NCBI GenBank assembly: GCA_052327205.1
Contig: CM126202.1
Coordinates: forward strand, 192,076,001-192,140,000
Length of the DNA stretch: 64,000 bases
Direction of reading: 5' to 3'
Origin: Somniosus microcephalus
Taxonomy: Eukaryota
The translations under genes and the position numbers were made by a program. Numbering within the stretch: the first letter of the stretch is position 1; each line of letters opens with the position of its first letter. Below are positions 11,397 through 25,977 of this stretch, piece by piece. The notes under the pieces are model-generated. The model searched no databases and was not told the DNA's origin. It was given only the letters and a program-made list of their open reading frames with translations.

Positions 11397-14300
11397 TTAG
11401 CCGTCTTATTTATTACCTACGATGCTCTGACAAGCAAAATTTACATTAGATCTCCTGCGCTGGTATTTACTTTGAGACCTTATTAGTATGGGTCGCCTGT
11501 GGTCACCACAAAAAAGCAACACGAGGACCCTGTGCTTGTAATAAAACAATGCAGCGAGCAGCCTCGAAATTTCAGATAATGAAAAAAAAGTTAGTTGACA
11601 ATCAAACTTTCTTTTCGTATTTTAATTGACCATTGTTTGAAAATAAATAAATAAAACGGGCAACTCATCCCTTTTGTGTCAGGGAAAAAAACATTTTTTT
11701 TGCTGTTGCAATATTAATTCGGTGAGCGACTGTGTTTTTATATTTCATTTTTATTCTGTTTTGAATTATGCTTTGATGCCTCGCTACAATGCCGGTGAGA
11801 TTTCAATTGTGATTTGCAGAAGAGGGAAAGTTGCCATTGTGTTGTAGACTGGGGAGCTGTGCTTGTAACTGTAGGATAAGTCCGGCAGAAAGTGCGGAGG
11901 CTGTTAACGTGCCATGTATTTGACGTAAATTAAATCTCAGAACAGCTGTATCCGGCTGCCATCTAGCGTACAGTAGACAATTATCAAATATAATACACAC
12001 ACCCAGCTGGATAACCCACCAGATGGGCTTTTATTGAGGGATTTGTTTAATGCGAATAATTTATTGAATTTTAAAGTAAGTATTTTAAACTTTTAATCCA
12101 AATGTTATTAACCCTAAAATTTCAGAATTAATCATTATAGTAGCGGAACAAATGAAAATCCTGATTCAAACAACCCAGATTAATACTCGTTGCACAAGTT
12201 CTACATTGCACGGCTCCACATATATAAACTTGGAGCAACGTTTGAAACTTCAAGATGCAATTTTATCACTTATTTTCTTCAAATTAGCCATGACAAAACG
12301 TATCTCTAATAAAAGCAAATAGATTCTCAGTGGCAAACAGCGATAAGTAAGATAATGTACTGTCTATAGGATTAATAAATGCATTGTACCCATTCCTACT
12401 TTTAATACTTAGCTTGTGCAAAAATAAAGCGTAAACTCAGCTTGTTCAACCTTTAGAACTGTCTATATAGCTTAAAACAAGAAATGTCAGCGGCCTTTTG
12501 CATCATTCAACGTACATATACGCACACAAATTTGATCAACTAGTTTAATTTTAATAAAATGAAGTCGATTCTTGCATGTTGCCTTGACTAAACACAGTTT
12601 ACAATCGGATTCCATCCCCAACCGCCCCTATTGTATATGCATTGATGAAGCGCCGTTATTGACTATGCAACAGTGGACCTCGTCTCTCTCCCCCTCTCGC
12701 TCACTCCCTAAATAAAGTCTCAGTCATGTCTTATGATTAGTGAAAAGGTGAAACGAATAAGATTAGAGGGGACAAAGAGAACATTCTGTAAGTGTATCAT
12801 CAGGCTTTTCCTCCACAGAATGGGGCAGAGTGGACATTGGAAGGGAGGCTGCCTCTCTCCTTGCAACTTGCTTGAAGTGTAAAGAGCTTAAAGCAGGCAC
12901 CTGTAACAGAGGGGAGCGAGAATCGTCAAAGCACGCCAGCAGGCAAGTAACAACTTTACTTTCATTCTCTGTATCACAATTTGATTTTAGCATTGCCGCT
13001 CAAAAACAGTCCGTGGCTCGCTGAAACACTGCAAATCTTTTAAAGTAGGGCTTAAATGCTACGTCTCCAAAAGACTATTTGTGTATTATTGTGCCTGTTA
13101 ATGCAAAGGAAATAATTATTACTGTATATCATACAACATGTACTGCGATGATAAGGCTGTTATCGACTGAATATTTTCCCCACGGTCACAGCAGTGTTAG
13201 TCCAAGCCATTCTAGCGCTTGTGGGCAAAATAAGGAACAACGGTGAATTTATTAATATGTGAGTATTCTGATTACTACTGTCGCTAATCTTAAAGTAACC
13301 ATAGTATAGACATTAGAAATATGTATTTGCAGCGCACATACGGCAGGAATCCCTCTCCCCGCGTTTCAATTTATGTAATCTTGTAAAAAATCAAGAGCGG
13401 CATGAAACCAAAGCATGCCCAACTTGTGAGCTTCAGAAAGTAAGCTTCTCACCTGCTCTATTTGTTGTTTGATCACCTAATGAAAAGATCGATCGGCCAA
13501 TGTTTGGCTAAGTGATAGTGTCAACAGATAAAGGAACAGCAAAATGATCGACTGGCCCCGGAATACAGACACACAATACATAGACTGCTACCACCCGCCT
13601 GAGCCCTCAGTCACTCTCAGTGCTCTCTCTCCCTCTCTTTCTCTGCTTCTTCTTCATTTCAATAAACACAGTAGTGTTTTATCAGAGGTTAGTGCAAAAA
13701 TAGTTAGAGGAAAATGGAAATTCTGCAATGTGAGTTTAAGAGAAATGTTGGATTCATTGTGCAGTTCACGGAGAAAAGGGGGGCGGGGGGAGGCGGGGGT
13801 AAGTGTCTTCAGCGGGAGGTCGGATCGTTTCAGGCCGGGCCAGAGGTAGGGGGAACCGGTGGCATAGTGACGTGGAGTCGGTAACTCTTAGGCTTACTTT
13901 TCTCGAAGTATTTCGGAATTCATGGCCGTACCTATAGAGTTCAGCTCTACCTGTCACATGCAGTTCAGCTGAATGACTTTGTTATTGTTGTACTGTTTAG
14001 ATTCTGAGGTTAAGAGCTGATTTTCAAGGTACACCCAGAGTCAAAAGACTTCATCCACATTCAGCTCCCATCCTGAAGAATAAAAAATTCTCTTATTAAA
14101 ATTTCAAGTCCTTGGATTTTTTGCTAATTTCCCCCCCAGTTAAAAAATGTAACGTCTCGTTGGCAGGTTTTAGATGTTACTTGAATAGCCTTGAATTTAG
14201 ATCAGCTTGCTACAGGATTCTTTAGATATTTCAAAACACAATCTTGTAAATTTGAAAGAAACATTAATAGTGATAATAATTATTCTAATACAGTCAGGGT

Positions 14301-17300
14301 GAAGATATTCCGGTGCAGGATTAATGCATTTTGTTCCCTGATTTTTCCATCCAACCCACCCACCAAGAGCATCTGGTTTGTAGACTTTTGTAAATCTTGG
14401 AGAAAAAAAGGCTGGTCTTTTAGTTAGATCTCCTCCCCCCAGTTAGGCCCGCTGACCTGTCCCATTACCCAAGGTTTTTTGCTGAGCTCCCGAGGGCAAA
14501 AAGAAAGAAAGAGAATTTTAACTTTTCCAGCTGCATCGAGTCAGCCACGGTGCAAAACTTTTTTTTTAACGCGACATTTTCTTGCAGTTTCCCTACTCAA
14601 ATGCATACACGAGCCGCGAATCGTTTTGAAAGCTATGAATTATGTGTCTGATCGCTACTTGCACGCGAAATCTAAAGGCAACTAAAATGCACAGCCAAGA
14701 CAAACTATGAAACACACACAAAGGCAACACACAATGTCTTTCTAGTTTACTGCAGCATTTTATCTGTGCCCCACTCTCACTGCTCTACAAATATAAAGTT
14801 ACTCAACTGAACGTTGGCCTGGTTTTACTGAGATCGCCCTTTGCCTCCCGAACGCACAGGGCTCTTACTTGGGATAACTAAATGAAACAGAAATACAGTA
14901 TACGCCCTTGATTCATCATTTAAAATAGTATTTTTTTAGTTTCTGCAACAAAACCTCACTTGATTTAATCTGCAATAAATAAGGTGATTAAGTGAGTAAA
15001 ATGATCCCATCCAGAGGTTAATTCCATAGGCATAACTGAGAAGGGTTGAATCCTGCAGAATTTGGTGTTTGATTTCTGTGCCTCGTTCGGCCCAATTTGT
15101 CTAAAGTAAGTTATGTTTTATCCACATCACCAGAAATTAAGTATGGTAGTGACAGATGCGGATAGCTTTAGCTGTTTATATAAGCAATGCCGGGTTTCTG
15201 GATATTTTTACTCAACTGTAAACAGGCACGGAGAACTTTTAGGTCACATCCTACGTGTGATAATAATAGCCAGATGTTTAAAACACATAAAAATATACAC
15301 CAAGCATTTTTTTTTAAAGCTAACTCTCGTTCTTTAAGTCTCTTGAAGCGTCAAAGAGAAGAGGAGGGGTCCTTTGTCCGAATTCATCCTTGGCTATTCT
15401 GGGGGTGAATTTGGTGTGAAAGGGACGAGAAGGTCACTTGACATCGCCTTTTATCTACTGGCGTTTTCTCTGTGGATCATCGGATCTGAATAGACACATC
15501 TAATCGCACTTAATGGAAACTTGGCGAGAAAGCGAAAACCCGCCTTTACCTGCATTTACCGTTAGAATCAGCGCAGCTAATTGCCTCACCCTTTGCTTTA
15601 ATGTAATCTCAAAACAAATCGAAAGCCTTAGGAATTTTTGGAGGCTTTATAATTGGCTTGTAATAAACCCACATTTTAACTCAATCCCCTCTCATTGACA
15701 TGTCTGGGGTGCTCCACTTGAGCAAGTTTTTAATGAATGTGTTAGATTTATATAATAATACCACTGTGGATGACAAAACAGCTCAGTGTTAAAACTTTTT
15801 CAAATACTTTGCTGCTATCAACTCCTTACATACCTGGTTTCGTTGTTAATATCTGTGACCTGGTTAAATCAAAAAAGCAATTTAACTCAATCAATTTCCT
15901 AATCAGTATGGATAAAGCATTCCATTCACTCTCTTGGTGCTAGTTTTGTCCTAAAGGGAGTTTATTTGAATATTTGTTTTTCCTTTCACTAACAGTAACA
16001 ACATGGTAACATATTGCAAGCTAGGTAGCAGAAATATTTAACTACAGCTGAGGCAACGTTTGCAGACGATATTACCGGCACTTATCTGGAACCTTAATGC
16101 TGTATATAACATACATTCATTACAGTCATAATTTGAACAGCAGATTTAAAGACCACATCTAATGCTAAACTAAGTCTAAACCTTCCATTCTGCTACCATT
16201 TAAACCCACAATAGCGTCGCATAAAAGATCAAAAATAATTCAATATCCTTGATTAGGAAGGATGCACCTTTTCAAATTGGAACACCTCTGAAGCATCTGA
16301 ATGAGAAATGAAAGTTCGTTGTATATAATGTGTACTCCAGTGGGCTAGCAACAAGACAAGCAGTTAAAAGACGAATAGCAGCAGAAGACGTTCTGAACGG
16401 TATGAATAAAGTGCATCATTGACAACGCTGTGCATTAGCAAAATAGCCTCTGGATGCGAGCTAAAAGCTCAGATCAGATTATACGAAACATTAGATCATA
16501 AAGGGATAGTTCAATATTAAAACTTTAAACTCTTACAAAATGGCAATACGAATCATTTGTTTCGGATTGTTTAGTATTGCTCACTGAAGATACCTTCAAA
16601 ACAGTCGTAGTTTGGGAGTTGATTGTTCAGCAGGACTAATTGCAAACAATGATGCTTAGATTACTTTTACAATTAGACGGTGGTGGGATCTTGTTGGAAG
16701 GACTGTCAGCTCCAGCAATGGGTAATTGCTTTATTGCTCACAACCGCCATCTATTTAGAACATATGTGCTAATTACGGTGGATGGGCGTATAAACAGATA
16801 CCATAAATCTATTAGCACCAAAAAAAATCATCGACGGTTTAACTAAGGACTCCATAGAATTACGTTTATTATTTGTGATCGAGTTCTGTGAATAGCCTCA
16901 TCTCACACCACGAAGTAAACACTTGCCCTGTTGAAGGTGGTCGCTTCGGGGATGGAACTTCGAAAAACACACATCAAACTCCCTCGCCAATCCTCATTCC
17001 TTTCCCACTTAGTTTTCCCCGGAACTCGTCGACAGAACACAAACTGTTCTAAGTAAAGTGAATTCTGATGACAGATAATTTCAATTGTGTAATAAGTAAG
17101 AGTTTCCAAACTTTCTCTTTAACACACCAATGGTAATCTTCTTCAATCCATGTTCCGCTCTGGCGGTCTTTACTTTTGTGAGACTAATGAAACTTTTCTG
17201 CAGTAATTAGTATGGTTCCAATACTGTTTTTGTACTTGGCTGTGTGGGTTGGTATTATAACAATTTAATTTCATTTACTAGCCGTTCTTCTACGGGGTCG

Positions 17301-20300
17301 GGTTGTAATTTCTACATTAGTCAATGCTAATCCTTTTAATTTCTTTGTTTTGATATGTCCTTACTTTCATATTTCTCTACCAAAGTTGTATTATGCACAA
17401 TTAACTCGGAGACTTAAAGAGAATATTGTTTTGATGAAACAATATTTGAACGGGCTAGCAGTCTAGTCGTCCTGTTGTTGAATTTAATTGTAGTATTAAC
17501 TGATTAAAGTTCTGATTAAATAGTCACTTAATCCTGGTCCCTATTTACGAATTGCTAAAAAAAAGTACGTGGACTAAAACTACAATCGCTGGAAACCCAC
17601 GAACCATCAAGTAGAATTGGGGTTGGCGGGACTGTACAAGCGAATACGAGTGTGGGGACTGGACGGAAAGAAAACAATTATACACCGAATGACAGTTCAT
17701 TGGAACTTACAGTCTTCCACGGAACTCAGTATCAGCCGCTTAAATCCAACTCCTGGAGCTGGCGTTGACTTGTTCATTGGGGGTGTCCACTAGTTGCGAT
17801 ACAACGAACTATGTGCATCTCATTGAGAAGGTGACAGTCCTTGTGAATTAAAACAGAAAATGGATGCACTCCCAAAGTGTACAATAAAGTAAGAAATGTG
17901 TGTTTAATACAACTCCCCCCCACCCCTCCCGGAGTGTCAAGAATCATAATGTACACCAAATATTGTTCTATTTTGGTATGAGGATAACAGGCTATTTATT
18001 GGAATATTATTCGTGTTCTTTCCCAAAGGCAAACTGCTTAAATTATGAAAAATACATCTTTCTTACACATTGGGAGCGGAAGTTAATCAGAAAACCTAAA
18101 AATCCTTTGGCTGGACAAGTTACATTTAGAAGGCAATTCTAAAATAAGTATATGTATTCAGTGGTGAATCCATAAATAGGACCAATTTCCTTAAATTTTA
18201 AATAGGTATATAATAAGTGTTAATAACTTAATTTAATTTTCAATCGGGTAAGGGAGTCTAGAACCATATTATCCTAGTCTGTAACTCAAATATGCATTTA
18301 ACGTTACTTGTATGGACTTGTAGCTAATATCATTATTAAAGTTCCCACAGCTCAATTCATATATAGATTAAAGTCTGATCAAAAGGAAACGGGATTGAAA
18401 GTAATCTTTAATCTATAATTCTAGCTACACTAAATGTTTGTTCCAATAGATACGTGTCTGCTGATTTTGATCACGTGATTTCTAACCTGCTGAAGAGTGG
18501 GCCGCGTTTCAATCAATATCAGTGGATTTTTCTCTCCTTTTCTTTGAGAAACCATCTCATCTCATCTAATATATTCTATGGTGATTTATACAGATTTCTG
18601 GCAAAATAATAACGTGAACAGTTAACTTCAGGAGATAAAAAAGACCATAATGCTCAATATTGTCCTTTCAACTGATATTGCTGATCAAATGAATCGACAG
18701 CCTTTTAAATGATTTAAATTAAATTCTATGTTTTCTGTATGTAAAATGTCAAACACATGCACCCTTCTCTGTGAGTACGTGGGGATGGGGGAAGGGAAAC
18801 GTCTGGCATGCGGGAAGCTAGAAGTGGGGTATGCATTAAGAGTTATATGTTTATCACTGGAGCCGAGCTTGTTTCCTTCTATATAGCTTAAAGCGAAACG
18901 TCAGACATTTCATAGAAATGCTACGATGAAAGATAGCACCTGTAACAATTTGAATATCGCAGTTTGTGGAAAAAGATAGCTGGTTATAGCAAAGAGTCAA
19001 TCTCCAATTTGTTATACATTTATGTATTCCAAGGTAAATCCTGTTCATATTAAAAATATAAGTGGTGTTTTTCATTTACGTGTTTCAGTATAATAAATTA
19101 AGAAAGAAGGCATTTGGGGAAGTATAAAAAAAGGTGGAAAGACTTGTATTCTGTATGTGGAAGATGAATTTTGGAGCGAGGGATGGACGGTGGTCTAGTT
19201 CTGTTTTGAGCTCCCTCTGGAAGCAGGGAGTGAAATTGTTCCATTACTGGGTTTTTATTGCCCTCACATCTCAGGTGTTTGCACAGCTCCTCCTCTGAGC
19301 TTCTTCCACACAACTGACAGGAGAAGGGAGAAAATGTGCTTTAATGGTTTTACTGGAACTGAAGGAAATTGGACCATGTCTTATTGAAATAAGAGGGGCG
19401 GGGGGTTTGAAAGAGCTCATTACTAAAAGCAACAAGGTGCTGGGCGCCGCCAGCAAGTAACATTCGTATTTTAGTTCTCGTAGCTTTATAATACATTTTC
19501 GGCTATCTTATCAATCATAGCAGACAACTATAGTAAGCAGAAGTTTTGTGCCACTTTATTAAAGTACTATACAATATTTAAAAGTCTTTTTCATTCAAAC
19601 AGTTTTGTTTTCTACAGATAAGCATTTTACATCTTGAAAACACTGCGGTCATTTCAGATGTATTGATGTTAACTGTTTTATTTTGTTAAACTGTCAAGAT
19701 GGTTTAAAATTTCAACTCTTTTGTTCTGTTCCAATATTTCCGTGATATTCTCCTTCTTTCTAAGTATACGTAATTGACAAGAGATTTCCCGCCATCCTCA
19801 ATACAATGTGTTATTTTACAGTCCGTCTTAGCACAAGTTTGCTAATTAGAGAATGTAAAATGTTAAAACTCACAAATCCCACCAGACACAGTAACCACCA
19901 GAAGGAAACTACAGCCTATACCTCTGAAAGGAGTCGTGGCAACTTTAACTCTCATAAAAGACGTGCAATGTACAGGCCCGAGATACAGGTCTGTCACTGA
20001 TCACCACAAACTTCTTAAAACAAGAATTTGCAAAGTAGTTGTATTTATTAATAATATAAATCAATAAATAATTTGCCACTAGATTATAGTTTTGCTTCTT
20101 TTCGAAGGGACACGAATAAAGATCTGGGGTTACAATACAAGCATCTTTTAGAAAGCTAACATTTATGAACACATTAACACATCTCCAACATTTTAGAGCA
20201 GCTGTCGGCTGAAGTAGAATTTAAGTCGCTTGCTACTCCTTCAATTATTGCAATCGTAAATTATTGTGATCTCACCGAATTCAGCGTTCATGAGTATTTT

Positions 20301-23300
20301 GCATCCTATGGAATTAACGTTATCAAATTTAATGATGTATAGTAAATAATATGCTAACTTGTTCACTTCTATAGGACACAGAATACTCATGAGCGCTGAA
20401 TTCATATGCCCACGTTTGCACTGTACGACTAGCATTTTCTAATATACCAATGCGGTATAGACGTACACGCACAAAAATGCCACTGACTATTCAATAGGGC
20501 CCTACTATTAATAATGATTGCCTAGTTATTATCTATCTGCATTTCTGTCTTAGCAAAGCAACTTTTATAATGTGACCGAATCCTCACGAAACACGTACTC
20601 CTTATTGGGTTAGAGATGTTTCATTGTGCAACTCATTTTGATGTGACACTTTTATATCGATGTGAGGATTCTAATACTGTACTTTACAGTGTCCATATCG
20701 CCAAGTGATTGTTATATTGCTACCGGCTTTGTGGTAAACTGACCAGAAGCAACTGTACGTAAAATGCACAGAACGGTTCATTTCATTCACATTATAGTAC
20801 CAGTACCAGTGTCTTATTAAAACAGAATTATCTATCTATCTATCTATCTGATTGATATGCAATATATGGCGAGAAGCTGAAAAGTAGGCTGTAGGGAGAT
20901 AAACCATGTTTAAAATCAATATTTAATCGGTACCTGTAAGGGAATATGATTCTATTTTGCTTCATGACACATTTTCCTAAGTTAAGTCTAAACTCATAAA
21001 GATATCTTGTACAGTCTATGCAGTGCGGCTGAAATATCTGCATTAGTGGAATAAGATGTAATACAGATCTTTTGGGAGCTGGAACACACCAGTGGCGGGC
21101 GAACGGGCGGTCGCACCCACACACTAACATAAAATAATCCATATTTTAAAGGGTAATTGTGGCTGGTGGTTGGGTCACATCAAATATATATATGTGGACT
21201 GAAACCTTTGCAGACCCGGTGTTATTATCCTTACGCGCATTTTTAGCTCAATTGCATTTGGTAAGGCAAATGGTTGCTTAAGTCGACTTTTCTCGGACAT
21301 TCTATTCTTAATTATTTACTTTGTGAAACGGTCCCATATTCATTAGATCACATCAGGGTCAAGTTCTTATTTATTTGTCCATCCAATTAAGTATAATTCC
21401 CAGTAATTTTGCACCTCGCAATAAATGCCCATTTAGCCTTGGGTGCATACTTTGGGATCAGTATTTAACCCAATGAAATTATTAGCATTGGGCAATCAAC
21501 TTAAAATGTAGCCCAGCCAAATGAAATGATTCCCCAGTATTTTTTTTGCTGTATGTTGTGAGTGAGTGTCTATGGTATCCCCCAGGGCCTTTTCTCCCTG
21601 CCTGCTCCCTGATTTCGTGTATAAAAGCAGCTCTGAATGATGGATTACTGTGTCATTGCAGCCTGCGAAGGATTAATTTGTTTCATTGATTTCTCTTTAG
21701 GCAGAATGCCAGGATTCGCTGCTTCCCACCTTTACAGGATACTTCCAGCAGTAATAGACGGTAATAGCCTAAGACAAATCAGCCCATTCTTGTAAAAATA
21801 GAACCACAAAGCCCAAATCCCCCAGTTGGCTGCAAGGATGCACCTTTTTCTACTGCATTCCAAGGACATTAATAAATAAGGTTTTTTTGTACAGGTATTA
21901 AGATTCTTTTATTTCTGTAAAAGCAATGAGATGAACAACTTACAAAGGCACAACCTTTTGTAGAAATGCTTAGTTATTGTGTAAAAAAAAACTTTGGAAA
22001 GTTAGACTCTTTGAAACAAGCTACTAGCCTTGAATAGTTCTATGCAAAACTGTCCATGTGGATCACACATTGACTATTATTATTTCAATGTGGGAACTAA
22101 ACTTGAATATGAAAATAAATAATGCACAGGGTAGTACTTTTTTAAAACAGCTGCAGTAACCACAGGAAAAGAAATTATCATTCAGTATTATTGCATATGC
22201 TAAGAGAGGAATAATGTAATCTCTGTATGGCATTTGCTTCCACTTGTATGTAAATACAGAATAGTGGCTCCAGTCACAGTTGTATCAATTCTCTTTTCTA
22301 AGCAGTTTTCTCCATAATTAATGAAAAATAATCACTTTTGAAAATTGCACATTAGAAATATTTTATTTAACTTGAGTAGAGTTACTAAAGAATATTTGTA
22401 CAATGCAATTGTTTCTTATTTGTCCATCCAAAGATTACATATAACTATTTAATAAAGTGATTTGTTCAGAAATTATTTTAAGCATGTTTGATTGATGAAG
22501 TGAGTGTGCATGTTTCTTTGAGATGTTTTTATAAGTTACAGTATAATATATTTAAAGAGCTATGTTGTATAAAGTGCAGATTAATCAGTAGATATCATTT
22601 GTCAGTTTCTATATTTTTGTAACAGTTATGCATAGGAAAATAAGTAATCTAATTGTGCGACTCCAACAAGAACCAAAAAAACTTCAGATTATGACAGAAA
22701 CATTTACGTTATATTAAAGCAGTTTTATTTATAATTGTTTTCTCTGGAGATTTTGCTAATGCGATAATAAAATTGGAATAAATTTATTTTGGCAACAAAA
22801 TACCATTCATGCCAGTAAAGTTACATCTATTTGCAACTGAACTGCCCAAAATTACCCAAGGGTTAATTTATTTAAGCATTTCAGCTCCCAATTACTTTTA
22901 GTATACTAAGTTCAAAGAGTGAACACAAACCCTTTTTAGACTAGAAAATATTTCATTTCTTTTTGTTTAGTCTTTTTTTTAAAGTTAATGAAAATGTTTT
23001 AGTTGCATGTCAAATCACACAGATAATAGCAAAAGTCCGTCCATTTTGAATAAATTAACCATTAGGAGCACTCAAAAAGAGCTATACTGCCAACGCTGAA
23101 CCTGAATAAACAGTCACAATTTTTCAGTTACTTTGATCCAAGTGAAAAATATTCAGAACTTCCTCAGTATAGATAAATGAAAACAAATGCCATAAAGCCA
23201 CTAATAGCTTGCAAACAAATTGGACAAATTTACCAGTGGTTGTAGAACTACAGTACCCCTCACTCGCTGGTTTGTCTGCATCACATTCATTCTTAGCTTT

Positions 23301-25424
23301 TCCAAACCAGAACTTAGGTTTGAAGTTTGTTGTGTTGCTGAATTGCTAAAAACAGTATAAGTAAAAGTGTTTCTGTTATGTTGCTGTTGTTAAATTTAAG
23401 AGTAACTTTAGGATTTTGATTTCTATTTAGTATTGTGTATGTAATATATAATACCAAGCTTTCATTAAATGTAATACATTTTAAAATAACTTTATTGTCT
23501 TTTAAAATTTTTAAATTAGCTTCCTTCTGTATACCTTTATTTCACACATCAAGTGAAGGAAGGAAAACTGAATACAAAAGGTTAAGATGGGTCTATTTTT
23601 CTATGCTGGGAAATATATTATTTTATCAATACATTGATCATTACTGTAGGTTTAACCATACATCAAAATTAAATAATATAAACTAATATCAATAAAACTG
23701 TCATATAGTAAAACCTGAAACCGTAAAATCCTTAGGATTTGAAGAAGAAACAGCAATTCAGATCAGCGTAATGGAAGAGTAATTGAAACAAGGTTTGGTC
23801 ATAATTATTGATGCTGCTGAAGGAGTTTGATAGGCAAGGCTTTTAATTTTTTCCCATCCCAGTAATGATATCCAGAGCACAAATGGTTGAGTAGGTGCAT
23901 ATTTAAAATAGTAGTATATATGGAATCTGGCTGCCTAGTAATATTGAAAGTGATGTATTTGTAACTATCCTGCACGTATCACGAGTGCACCATTTCAGGC
24001 CCTGTCCTTTTCAAGAACAAACAACAGCCAGATTAAATCCAACAGTTCGTCATAGTCCTCATCAGCCTATTTTACTAAAAAATTCTGAAGAGATATTAAA
24101 ACTACATTGCATCCAATATCCAAATGCTGTTCTACCACCATCAGACATTTCTGTAATATATTTACTGTTTGATGGCCTGTATATTGGCTTGCAGAAAAAA
24201 TATTTCTTTTCCTTCTGTTTAAAGAGCTTGTATGCATTAATAGTTGGTGAACACGAAGTGTACAATATTGAAGTTTATGGAAGTGTAAGGAAATTAGATC
24301 TTGGAACTTCCTTTCAGTTTTTGACTCAGTTTCACTGGAAGGCCTTGCTGTTATTTTTAGTTGAAGAGTTTGGCACTGATTTGTTTCTCTAATTTCACTT
24401 TGCAAAGTTTTTATGGAAATATGTCAGGTATCTGATCTGTATAATATTTCACAATGTTAGTGATTAACAACAGCTGTTATGGGACAATGTTTTCTGTTAG
24501 CTAATTTGGTTTATATTACATATATTTCATTAAGAAAAAAAATGTTCAATTTTTTAAAGATCATCCTGTGGTATACACCATTTGCTTGCTGAGAGGGCAA
24601 ACAGCCAACCTGCTCCTAAGATTCTCCTAATGACCAAGCCCCTGAGAGGTACTCAAGAGCAGACCAAGGTGACTTGCTCTCTGGTTCTCCCCCTCTCTCT
24701 GTGAGTGGGCACTGCCGCAAGGTGCTGTCTCACATTCACATATCCATCTATAAAAGTCTCCTTTGTTTCATTTAGCAATGTACCAAGGGCTATTGTTATA
24801 TTTCTCAGAATTGTCACAGAATTTTGAAGCATGAGAAATTATAAATATTAATTTCATTTATGTGACTAAATTCTGTTAAAAGTTATTTTAGCACAGTTAG
24901 AAAGCACACATTAGTAGCAGTGATGGTGCCTGGCCAAACATTTTGCAGGAGGTAGAAGCAATCACATCTACTGCTGGTGAAAAAAAGGTGTTACAAACTG
25001 CATTGCTCAACAACATAGCAGCACACGATTCAGGAAACTTGACAGAAGATTTTGTTTCTGAATAAAGAAATGAGATGTACATCTTTGTTGGAAATTGGGG
25101 GACAGTTTTTTTTAATGCTATAAGCATTATGATATTTTGTTAATTAATATAGTGCTTTAATTGATTGAATGTGGCCTCTGACCACCAACTAAAGGTAGCT
25201 CTTAAACTAATTAAAAATCATTGACCATCTTTTGGCTCAGAAATAGAAATTTAATTTAGATTAGGCATGTTAAAGAGGCAGGACTTCTGTGTTATTTTTA
25301 TCTATAATTTATTTTTTTTAAAACATCCCTTTCACATCACAATCAAGAACATGGCCAATTAGCTTGCTTCAGAGCTCTTATGATGTTACTCTTGATCTAA
25401 CCCCTCAGAAATGCATGACAACAG

Positions 25425-25915
25425 TTTAGGCTGACTAAGTTCCTCTCCATGACTTATTTTTATGTTCCCATGTACTGCTGGTATTTTGTCCTCTTCCTTC
25501 ACTGTGAACATGGATACAAAGTACTCATTTAGCCAGTCTACCTTTTCCTTATTATCCATTATTGTCTTGCATGCATCTGTCTTTAATGGGCCCACATTTC
25601 CCTTTACCACTCTCCTTCTCTTAATGTATTTATAAAAGCCTTTGCTGTTAGCTTTGATATCCCTTGCAAGCTTTTTTCATATTCCTTTTTACACCACTTA
25701 CAACTTTCTTTGTATCCCTTTGTTGCTTTTTATAGCACTCTGAGTCCACTGGATTTCCACTTTTCCTTGCATTTGTGGAAGCATTTACTTTTAGATTGAT
25801 ACTACCCCTTGCCTCATTTGTTGACCATGGGTGCTTAACTACACAAGTGAAGCCTTTGCCTTTTGTACTGGTTTTGTATTGTACCAAATAATCCTTTGAA
25901 TATTTCCCACTGTCT
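25425..25915 (-). mobile_element. Old CR1-type LINE ORF2 internal fragment
   Basis: Broken ORFs incl. NVGPLKTD...DWLNEYFVSMFTVKEED, the region N-terminal to the CR1 RT. Confidence 0.75.
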
Positions 25916-25977
25916 GTAAGTATGAGCTATTTACTGTACTTCGCTTAATTAATTTCTCATCTCTTCAAAGTTAAAAT

